64,000 nt of DNA from Asterias rubens (taxonomy: Eukaryota): the NCBI RefSeq assembly GCF_902459465.1, contig NC_047077.1, positions 8,928,001 through 8,992,000 of the forward strand. Direction: 5' to 3'. The notes below the pieces were generated by a model, which saw nothing but the letters and a program-made list of their open reading frames with translations, did not search any database and had not been told where the DNA came from. Numbering within the stretch: the stretch's first letter is position 1; each line of letters starts with the position of its first letter. Below are positions 11,201-23,200 of this stretch, piece after piece. Made by a program: the position numbers and the translations under genes.

Positions 11201-14200
11201 AGAAGAATTCAAATGAAAGCGGTGCATCGCTACTAAGCAAGTCATTGTACCAGACATTATTCAAATCTACGTAACTTGCACGTGGCTTATTGGGTCCAGC
11301 TGTTGTAGATAATTCTTCACAAAATAATTCTAATTTTTTTCTCGTGCAGGGGTCCAACTGGGGAGATGATGTGTGCGGCGGTTGCTGACGAGACGACCAA
11401 GCATATCGCTAGCCTCGTCAGCAGACAGAAAGGCAAGAAGTCCAGAGGGGTAAGATTTGGAGAAACAAAAATCATGCAAATCTTCATACACACAAGTCCC
11501 AAAATTGGTATGGGCTACATTCAACTATTTTTCCAGGGGGTCGTTACCACCAATTCCTTGGGCTGAAGCAGGGCTACTCTATACGATATGATGTCGGTGC
11601 AGGCTTTGGTATAATCCATATAAAGCCTGGCTGTTAGAGCATATATGGTACAGGTATATGGTACTTGATTACATGTATCACCAGAGGGCATTCTCACTCC
11701 ATAATTACTTTCGACTTTAGGATGTACCAACAATGCACCACAAGTCCGTTGGTTTCAAGTTGGTAAAACACTGCTCCAGAATTGCAAAGGTGGTGGGTTC
11801 CATTCTCACCCAAGTTATTTAATAGAAAGCTCTGGAAAGTACCGATTATACAGTGCTAACACACCGTATTATATAAGCAAAAAAAAAAGGTGTATAAAAT
11901 TATGGTTATTGTTTGATTTTTGTGCCAGTCTTAATAATGTGATGATAATTACTTTTTTGTTTTATTTCTCAAATTTAGCGAGGGATAAGGTCCAAACCTG
12001 GAAGGTCCTATGCTCATCCAACGTACGCCATGTCCAAGGCTCGGCCCGCTGGCAAGCTCTACACCAGTCGCTTTGTGCCTAAAACAGGGAGGTCAGGGAG
12101 GTACAACACGTCATTCAAACCGGCAGCAGCACAGCAACCAAAGCCAGTCCGATATAATCACACGTCCAAACCAGCGTACACTCATCAAACACAGACGGTC
12201 AAATACAACCCGATCAGACCGAAAGAGACAACAGCACCTAAACCCCTAATGTACACCCAACAGGCTCGACCAACCGCATCCCAACAGTCTAGACCGACAG
12301 CATTCCAACAGTCTAGACCAACCGCATCCCAACACTCTAGACCAACCGCATCCCAACAGTCTAGACCCACAGCAGGGCAACAGTCTAGACCGACAGGATC
12401 CCAACAGTCTAGACCCACAGCAGCGCAACAGTCTAGACCAGCAGGATACCAACATTCTAGATCGACAGAACCCCAACAGTTCAGACCAACGGCAGCCCAA
12501 GAGTCCAGACCGACAGCAGCTCAAAAACCCACAGCCGCCGAAGGAGATACCAAGCCACTTGTACCAACAGCAACTACTCAGCTACCCAACCCTGGTCCCT
12601 GGTCTGGTAAACTTGGCTCCAAGAAAAGTCAACAACCTGCCAAAACAACGACAGTAGGCACAACTCAGTCATCGACTTGGAAGCCAGCCGATGACTGGAG
12701 TGCTACAAACGGTCTCTCCTCCTCCTCTAAACCAATCCATGAGAACATTCATGTGACCATCCCCAATGATGGGGCTCGCCAAGTGAACAGTCAAGCATCC
12801 AAACCCGTTCACAATAACATTCATGTCACCGTCTCCAACAATGGTTATCGTCAAACTGAGGTGTCACCCCAGAAGCCAAATGGGAGACCAGGAAAACCCA
12901 GTAAACCGGAGTGGTCGTCTAACTTTGAGGTACCGCCTCGCTTCAAGAGATTAGTGTCCCCAACAGGTACTATAAATGAAGGTAAGCTGGTAGTTTTGAA
13001 CTTCTGAATTTGTGAAAAATGTTTGAGAAACGTCTCATGCATGAAACTTTTCTCAGATTGAAATATTTTTAAATCCCTCCCTCAAAAAACACATTCCTTA
13101 GAAAGAGAGTGTTTCTCAAAGTGGTTTCATTATCAAGAGGGTCAGTATTTCTTACCAAGTAAGTTTTTATGCTAAATAGTTCAATAGTCAAAGGTAGGCT
13201 TTACCTCCTCTTAAATGATATTTGAAATATTTTTTTTAAATCTTTGATTCATGCAGGTTTCCATAATACCCGGGAGTCTTCATTGAACTCTGACCCATCA
13301 CCAAATTATGACCCAACACCAAACTTTGACCAATCACCACCCAGCATTGCACAGCAACCGTCGTCAACGTCAACAAATAATGTTCTCTCTGAAACAGCCA
13401 ATGAAACATACAGCTGGATTCAAACTGTAAGAGTAAACAAATAACCAAAAACATTTAAAAGCAGTGGACACTATTGGTAATTGTCAAAGACTTAGCCTTT
13501 ACAGTTGGTGTATCTCAACATATGCATAAAATAACAAACCTGTGAAAATTTGAGCTCAATCGGTCTTCGAACTTGCGAGATAATAATGAAAGAAAAAATA
13601 CCCTTGTCACACGAATTTGTGTGCATTTTCTTATTTAAGGTCTCGAAAATCAAATTCTTGGAAAATTGGTTCTTTCTTAAAAACTAAGGCACTTCAGGGG
13701 GAGCCATTTCTCATAATGTTTTATACCACCAACCTCTCCCCATTACTCGTCAACAATAAAGGTTTTACGCTATTAACTACTTTGAGTAATTACCAATAGT
13801 GTCCACTGCCTTTAACCCAAAAGTGTTTGTATTGGAAAATGGTATGAACAGGGCATTTTAAAGAAAAGCACCTGTCCTTGAAGTATGTATGTAAACTACC
13901 CCTACACACAGACGTGTGACGGCTAGGAAAAAGTAGTGAACGCTTTGAGAGGCCTTCGGTATGATTAAGTGCTATCTGCTGTGTGTTTGTTTTGATTTTT
14001 TTTTATTTGTTTATGCAAGTCGCTGGACACACAAGTCGCTAGACACACAAGTCGCTAGACACACAAGGCCTGACTAATTTTCCAGGGTCCATTGCCACCT
14101 ACTCGTTGGGCTGAAACAAGGGTTACCCCTTTTACAGTCCTACAGGGATGTAGGCTTGGGTATCTAGGGCCACTGATTTTCCGCGATCGCGGAAAACGGA

Positions 14201-17200
14201 CGGAATTCGCGGAATCCGCCCTTTGAAACGGAAAACGGGATTTCAGAAAATTTGATTTTTTATTTATTTTTTTTTTCTTGACGCCAAAACTATTGAAATT
14301 GCATTCTTTATTAAGATTCTTTTTGTTAAACTAAAAAGGCATCAGAAATCAGACCATTAAAAAGTACGAGATCGTAACCGTGGATCATTCTGTTCTACTT
14401 CACACCATCCTCAATGTTTACACACATGATGTACACACGTTGTTAACATGGTTAAGCGAAGGGCATTATTCGCGGCTCGTTTTAAACATTTTTTGTTCAC
14501 CCAAATTGCATTTTCTCCCTCTCTTTTACCAACAATCATACACAAACTAGCTTACCTATGATCTATAAGAACACATACAATGTTTTTTCATCTCGGAAAG
14601 GTCTAAAATAAAACCGTAAACTGTCAACATTCTGTCGCCAAAGCGAAAACAAAATGGCTGACATTTTGTTTGTGGATGGAGAATGGTCACGTCCATAGAC
14701 TTGTTTCCAAGTCTTTGATCATGCTGAAACAGCGCCCTCTTGTGGATACGCTCCTGTCATTAGCCTACAATGTGGCTGATGCAGAGAATCAACTGCAGTT
14801 TTAGACTTGGAATCAAGTCTATCACATCATGTGCATTGATACTGCAGTCACAGTGCAACCTTTTTAGAACAGCAGTATACAAAATAATCCACAATTATAA
14901 AAAAAAGTATTTTTTTGAAATTTGTCAGTTCAAATGAACATTTTACGAAGTCAACAGTGCAACTTATCTCAAATTGATTTTTATAAGTGTGTCCCTGGGT
15001 ATTAAACAACCTTTTATCTAATTAAAAAAACATGAAACAGAATTTTTTGTGCCTGAAACGGAATTCATGTTTTTGCCAAACGGAATTTGCACTTTTCTGA
15101 AACGGAAAATCAGTGGCCCTAGGTATCGTCAATCTCAAGCCTGGCTAGTAGAGAAGAAAGCACTTCTGATAAGTGATTTCCTTTTTTGTATTTTCAAATA
15201 ATCCATAATCTATTTATATTTCTTATCTAGCTATGTGACTATTGTGTATGTTATTATGACTAGGTACTTGGTGAAAAGCCAAATGGTTTGTGGGCAAGTG
15301 CTCTGTGTGACAGGCATCTGAAAGAGTTTGGTCAGCCTCTGGATACTGACATCATCGAGCAAATGAATAAGCTCAGTCTGCTTGAGAAAGAAAGGTATGC
15401 AAATTATTTGTTAAAGTTGTTTGGCTTTTCTTGTTTCATGTGAGTATGTATCAATCTCTCAATCCGCTCTGTACTATGGCAATTTTTCATGTATTTGGTA
15501 CTATATGTGTGTCTAACTGAGACAACAATCATTTTTGTGACTCATCTAATATCCATGTTAATTTAATTGTTAAATGCTATGTTATGCATTTGTTGTGTGA
15601 GTCAACCAACCCCAGTGCAAAGGCGGTTTAGTCAGCACCATATTGGTCTTGACACTACAGCCAACGTGTATTATTTCTAAAACCCCCGTTTTTTCAACTA
15701 ATCCATATTTTGTTGATATTTGTTTGTGTCTTTACCAGCATCGCCAACAGTGACATCCTGTATCCTAAACTAACTGGAGCCCCAACTGTCACGCCAGTTA
15801 CACATGGCAGGTCAGGACAGAAAAACAATGCAGAGCACGGGAACCAGACTGGAAACGGAACCCCACAAAGGTCAGTCATTTGAAAGAGTCATGAATAATG
15901 CACGTTTACAAATGAATATGCACGATGCAAAATATTCCTGTAAGCAAATTCAAATTATGCATAATCAAATAATGTGTATCATCATTGGCTCATTTTCGTA
16001 ATGCAAACAGCAAAATGTTTAATGCATTTAAACACAGTCATACTGCATCTGCAAACGATTTCAAGTATTATGCAAATAATTAATGAATAATGCATGAAAA
16101 TCTCGCCTTTATTTCTTGTATTCATGAATTGTGTGAGCTTTGCATTTGTCTGGCATTTGGTGGGGTACATTTTTAGTTTCAATGAACAAACTAAGATTCT
16201 GCCCTTTGTTTAAAGCTTTGTTGTTAAATATCTTGATTTTTCAAAGAGCATCACAAACACGTTCAAGATTCACACTGTCAAGTATTGTGTGTTTGTTTAG
16301 AACTGGAAATGGGTTCTCAAGATCTAGGCATTGTGTTTCATTTTGTGTGCTGTAGTAGTTTGTTTAGATCAGTGCCGTGTCTGTAATTATATATCCTAAC
16401 CCAGTTGTCTCCATGGAAACACATCAACCAAGCCCTTTGATCACACTAAGCCAGTCCATTCAGGAAACCTCTTTGGAGCAAACCTTGACATTGCGCTCAT
16501 TCTAAGGAATGTGTGTAAGAGACAAAACTTGCCAGTAGAGTTCTACGTAGACTCCACGAAGCAACCTGGAAAGTCTGCAGTGTGCGTGATCTGCACTGCA
16601 GGCACAGATGTTGCCACAGCACATGGGCTAACCATAGGTACCGCTAAGCAAGCTGCAGCGGGTGAAATCCTTCAGCAGTGGAACGTGGCTCCTAGCGACC
16701 TAGGCAATACCCCGCAGGTCTCTCCAGATGAGTGCGTCCAAAGTACCACAGACCATGATTATGAAACCCAGCTTCAAAATGAAAAAATCATGAAGAGGTT
16801 GAGAAGGTTTGGTCCAGCAGACGATCTAAAAGGTAGTGAGAATCTGTTCCTAAGAGAGGAGCATGTTAAAGGCTTCTGCAGTTGCTTTGGCGGGCGTGGC
16901 ACTTGTCCATTTCAGATCCCAGTCTCTCCTGAAGATTGCATGGAAAGAGCCAAAGCCTACGACGAGAAAGCCCAAGAACAAAATGAAAAACTGTTGAGGA
17001 GGCTGAAGAGGTTTGGTCCAATAGAAGATATTTCAGATGAGGAGAAGCTGTACTTGAGAGTTGAGCATGTTGGAGGCTTCTGCAGCTGCTTCAGCAGTGG
17101 GCACAAATGCCCATTTCAGATCCAGATCTCTCAGGTGGATGGCATCAACAGAAGCAAAGAGACTGTCCAGGATGAGAAAGCCCGACTACAAAATGAAAAA

Positions 17201-20200
17201 CTGATGATGAGGTTGAAGAGGTTTGGTCCAACAGGAGATCTGCAAAATCATCCACGTGGCATTTTTTCCTCGACCAGAAGTGAAGACAAATTTTGTGTGT
17301 TGAATTCCGGAAAGCCGGACCATCGTAGAGCAACTCCTGCTGTTGAAGGGAAGAGTGACTTTGACATACATGTAGAAGAAGAAACCATTAATCATATAAG
17401 TTGTTCAGATGAAGTAAATCAACGTGGTCTGTCAGAACCAACGTCAAGTGCCACATTTCCACTCGCCAAAACATACAAATCATTTGAGAATCCATTGGCA
17501 CCAGAATCTCGGAGAGCAACAGATCAGGAGGTTCGGCAGGCTCTCAAAGTAACATTTGGTAAAACCGCCATCTACGAGACTGTCAAGCACATGGGAACTA
17601 AAGAAGACCCACTCGTTAGTGTGTGCTTCATGGCAGGGGCGTTCGTCGGAATCGGGAGGGGCGGCACAAAGACTGAAGCGAGGAAGGCAGCTCTTGAAGA
17701 TCTGCTCAAGAAGCAGGGAGAGTTCTTACGAGTAAAGAGTGAACTCCAGGAACAGGCGGCGAAGGGAAAGAATGCCATCCTTCAAGAGTCTCTGATGGAT
17801 TTGAGTCTTGATTCTGACGAGGAGAAGCTAGAGGTAAAATCGGAGCCAGCAGCCACTGTTTTTGATGAAGTACTTGTACAGGATGAACAAGTAGTGAGTG
17901 TGAAGGTTGAAGCTGGATCAGTAACTGGACTACAGACACAAGCTTATCTCCCACCAGCACTTCCCCAGAATGGACAGTTGTCACCACCACCCAATATGGT
18001 GGACTCTGCTGAAATGAAACCCGTAATTGGTCCAACCAGGCAGCCTTCGCATGGGCGTGGTTACACAAGATGGCAAGTTGATCCTCAGTACAGGTCAAAC
18101 AGGTTAGCCATCCGCACTTATACCAGCATTTCTGTTTTTAATTTCACTTGTTAAACGCTAACCACCCCCAAACCAATCAAAATCCAACAGCATGTTTTGT
18201 TGGACTGAGGACTGCACTAGGAAACTGTTCGTTTTGAACATGTCAGGCATACACATGTACTTTGTTACCATAACCAGATAAAGCTGGTTGAGTTACATGT
18301 TGCATTGAATTTTGTTGGAGTGAGGAAGGCTCTTGGTAACATTTCAAGGAGTTTTGGTGTTAAGCTGGAAAGGCTCGTTCATACTCCTTGCTCTATAACA
18401 AGGTAAACACTGCTGCGAACCTAATATCTGCAACAGCAGAACTTAACTAACCTCAATTTGAATTTATAAGAATAATGATTTGAGAGCTGTTTTAGATGAG
18501 CACCTCTGGAAGAAGTTAGGGCTTTTCACTTTGGTGTAAGACAGAAAATAATAGGCTTTCAAGCTCTCTGTGTTGCTCCCAGCTTGAACTTGCCTGTCCC
18601 CTTCATCCCTTCATTGTTTGCATGCTTTTGTTAACACCTTTTTCCATTTTTTTCTGGCAAAGTTAACTTACCATGCAGTTGTGTTTCCATGCATGCTTGT
18701 CATCATTTAGGTTTTTATGTGTGATTTGTCATTGGTTCATTTTGGCACAGGCTCTGTGACTACACTTGAGCGGAAAAATGTACCAGGCTGGCCAAATGTG
18801 TTTTATATTCGGTTTATGTTTATGTTTGTTTTAGCAAGATGAAATAACAATCATTAGAAATCACTCACTGTTGTATATCATGTAATCATGTTATTTTTTT
18901 CACAGGAAAACTAACATTATTGTAAAGACAGGATTGACATTTTTACAAATGCCTGCTCACATCGCGGACTCGAGGGAGACATCAACTTGATGATTTATAC
19001 GGAGACTTGAACTTGACCTCTGTGAGCAGAGCAGAATTTCATTGTTGCTCTGCTTACTGCAAAATGTATGCTTATGGTTTCCTTTTAAGCACATAATTAT
19101 GTAGGCAGTAACTGTTTAAAGACACTGGACACTATTGGTAATTTTCAAAGACCAGTCTTTTCACTTGGTGTATCTCAACATATGCATAAAATATCAAAAC
19201 TGTACAAATTTGAGCTCAATTGGTCGTTGAAGTTGCGAGATAATAATGAAAGAAAAAAACACCCTTGTCACACGAAGTTGTATCCTTTCAGATGCCTGAT
19301 TTCGAGACCTCAATTTCTAAATCTGAGGTCTCAAAATCAAATTCGTGGACAATTACTTCTTTCTCTAAAACTACAGTACTTCAGAGTACTCACAATGTTT
19401 TATACTGTCAAGTCAACCTATCCCCATTCGCTACCAAAAAAGTTATTATGCTAATAACTATTTTGAGTAATTACCAATAGTGTCCACTGCCTTTAAGCAC
19501 AGAAATCTTTGGTAAGCAGAGCCATAAATTACACTGTACATGTAGACCTGAAAAATGCATGAATTTCATATTTGTTTCTGACTGTGTAAAGTTAATTAAC
19601 CCTCCTTATTTCTGACCATTTAATACCATCCACTGTGGTTTTAAATAATAATAATAAATAATGTTGAACATTTCTAGTGCGTCATGTCTGTCAATGATGA
19701 CACTCCTGGTGCAAAAAAACAAGAACTCTGCTAATACACAATGACACAAGACAACCAAAAGTTTGAAGGCTATTGTTTCCAAAACATATGTTTTCAGATG
19801 AGTTTTGAATGATACGTATATGACAGCCTGCATTCTGATCATTTAGTTAATGTACACAGTACAGGCCTGATGACATGAATGGACGCCTGAAGGCTTTTGT
19901 TGCCCTCGTCTGGGCCAGGGCCCAATTTCATAGAGCTGCTTAAGCACAAAATTTTGCTTAAGCAAAACATCCTTGCTTAGTAAAATCAGATTACCGGCCA
20001 AGACTCCACTCAATTGTTATGCTAAGTAAACAACAGCTAAATACCAGTCACAAGCAATGTATATGGCATAAAGTTTGGGCCAGTAACGTGTAAAATAAGC
20101 GAGCTATTTTCGTGCTTAAGCAAATTTTTTGCTTAAGCAGCTCTATGAAATTGGGCCCTGGTCTTGGCCTTGGTGCACTTTCCATTGAGGTCCCCTCTGC

Positions 20201-23200
20201 AAAATAAAGATGGCCTTGCCCTTGCTTCGACAGGTGAGTCGAGTCCCCTTTTCAGATCTGGGTCTCTCAGGAAGATTGCATTGACAGAACCAAAGCAATA
20301 GTCTACGTTGAAAAAGTACAAGAACAAAATTCCTTGCCCTCTCAAAGATGAAATGTCCAGACCTGAAGTATACATGTGTACCAACAGTTAGTTATGTGCT
20401 CAGCAGTGACACCCATACACAACCTGTGCAGCTTCAGTGGTTTTGAATGGTCAGTTAACTGGAAACATTAGCAAGAGTAGGAGAGTTTTTAAATAACACG
20501 AGCATGTATTTAACTCATTTTTTAATTATCCATGTTTGACTTTGACCTAATCGGCACAAGTTCTGTCATTTTTGTACAGCATCAATTCTTTACAAAGTTC
20601 ATAATAATGTTTAGTACCAACAGGCAAATAACACTCCACACTAGAACCTAAAGTTGAGGCTAAGTACCCGGATCTCCTACAAACATGTCTTGTGCACGTA
20701 TGTGTACCAGTTTTTGGATTACTCCTGTACGGTACTTGCAGGTGCAGTTTGCCAATTGATGCGGTGATCATGTAAAGTGGTGGAATGTTTGTTGAACATT
20801 AAGCTGATTATTCTAATGCCAACTTTCTTTCCCAACTTAATAATCAGTTCACCCAGATTGCCTGAAGAGGATACGCCCAGTGAGGGGTACAGCTCGCCCA
20901 CTTTAGGGGTACCTAGTTCCCTCAGTGAGCCTAGCAGTAGACCGCCCTCCACAGTGGCACCCGGTAGCAGACCATCCTCAGCGGATTCACCCAGTACACT
21001 CGGGGAACCGTGCGAGGAAGGGTACAGTTCACCTACTTCAGAAACGCTTGGTTCATCCAGCGAGCCCAGCTATGAGGGGAGTTACTCGACCATTGATGCA
21101 CCCGGTGTGCCCAGTCTGGTGCTACCCGAGGAGAAGGAATGGGATCTGTATGTAGCGTATATCAAGAGTTTGTCGGACTTCTACGCCATTCTTATTGGAG
21201 ATGACTATTCGGTAAGAATTCATGCATTTATCAAACTGTTGACCCCACCCCCCCCCCTTACACCATTGTAGTGACATCATCATCAGTGCTAAAATTTTAC
21301 ACTGGCCCACGGGCCTGAGGCCAGTATATCAGGCCAGTAAACTAATGACTGGGGTAAGTAATATTGTGATCAAAATGTTGATTTGGGTCTGATAAAATAC
21401 CTTCATTTCTATTTAGTAATGAAGTATTTTAACACCCGTACAGCCGTAAAGATAAATGAGATCAATCTTCTCTTTACATGTCTAAAGCTTGGTTCATACT
21501 TCCTGCGAATGCGAATGCGACACGAATGTTGACGTCACAAATTCGCAAAGAATAATTCGCAGCAGTTCAACTTTGCTCAACTCACTTGGAATATCGCTGC
21601 GAAAGGAGGGTGTGACGTCAAATTCGCTTCGCATTCGCATTCGCAAGAAGTGTACGAACCGGGCTTTAGGCCGTATCGGAATTTGTGGATACAGCTTTTT
21701 CTACGGCTGTTGCTGACGGGGTAGCTAAAAGGATGTCCTATACCTCAACGCATGATTACGCGGAAATCTAACTGTAGCCGTAGCTGTAGCTGCTAATTCA
21801 AACACGACCTTAAGTTAGTTACATGTGTTTTGTGCCTTTCAAAATTTAATGAAGTTTACATTGTTGCAACTGGTGCCCCACTCCTTATTTTGCTTAGCAA
21901 TTTGCTAAGCAGTATTCTGTTTTTGCCATTTTGTGTTGATTAAATTTATTTCTCTGGTACAACAGGAGCAAATGATAATCATGGAGGAAGCGATGCGATC
22001 ATTCTACCAGTGCAGTACGTGGGTACTGACTGAGCCACCAGAGGTAGGAGTGTGCTACGCTGCAGAGTTCAACAGGGAATGGCTCCGGGTACAAGTTACG
22101 TCAGTAGAGGATGAGCAGGTAACGTCTTAAGTGCTTGGTCCAATTGATTGCAGATCCAATTTATTGCAGATACTGGTGGTCAATGTCACTGTTTGTTTTG
22201 CAGTGAAGTGGGCATTTAGGCGACGCAGCATTTACACATAAACCTATTGCCCAACAACATGGTGAGCAAGAAAATTCAAAATGTATCATGCTTATTTGTG
22301 TTCCAAACCAACTCTTGATTAGTGTGCCAGCGAGCTACATGTAGCCCAATATTTCTGTCATTTTTTTAAACGTTTATTCTTGTTTTCTATTGTTGTTATG
22401 CTTTTACTATTAGGTGTTCATATTTTTTGTGTACACAAACAAGGAAGACAAATTTCATGCTTGTTTTCATGACAATGATTATTTTGAATCCTGATTCTTG
22501 AAGTTCCCTCTTATTTAGGAAAACAAATGCAAATGCAGACTTCAAGCTTTTGTGTGTAAATGTATACTCTTGACATAAAGGTTATTATATAATTATTGAC
22601 CAAACTAACAGCTGTCGAGCCGCCAATTACAGGAAAGGATAATACACAATTAAAAATATTCATATAGCCTAGTACATAGTTAAAAATAAAAATAGAAACA
22701 TCTTTGGAAAAAAATTGAAGCAAACATTACAAAGTTAAATAAGTTACAGATGGGAAAAGAAACAAATGTTCGACTGTAGTGTACAAATATATATTATAAA
22801 TTTATGTTATAAGCATATAGGCCTACATTAATTATAATAAAAAAACAATATGAAAAAAAAATATATATATATATGTGAGATACTAAGACTAAAGGTAACA
22901 ATAACAATGCCAAGATAAAAATAACAATATCACGACTACATTCTAATTCTTTGATATTTTGTATTGCTTACAGGTGAAGTGCTTTTTACTTGACCATGGG
23001 GACACTGAGAGTGCAACAATAACCTCCCTCAGACCGCTGGCAGAAAAGTTTCTGCAGCTTCCGTTCCAGGTAAATTCAACCAACGATTCATTGGGTCCTG
23101 CTCAGGGCGCAATTTCATAAAGCTGTTTTGTGAATGTCTTTGCTGAGCAAGAAATGAGTAGGGCACCAGTCGCAGTAATGGTGACTGTATTGTATGCTGG

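Noticed and set aside
15231-15263. Upstream AG as the acceptor for TDRD7-like exon 6
   Set aside because: It gives an in-frame TAG; the acceptor at 15263 yields the LOTUS2 sequence.
16461-16490. cattcag at 16463 as the exon 8 acceptor
   Set aside because: Wrong phase, leading to TGA; the acceptor at 16404 keeps the frame.
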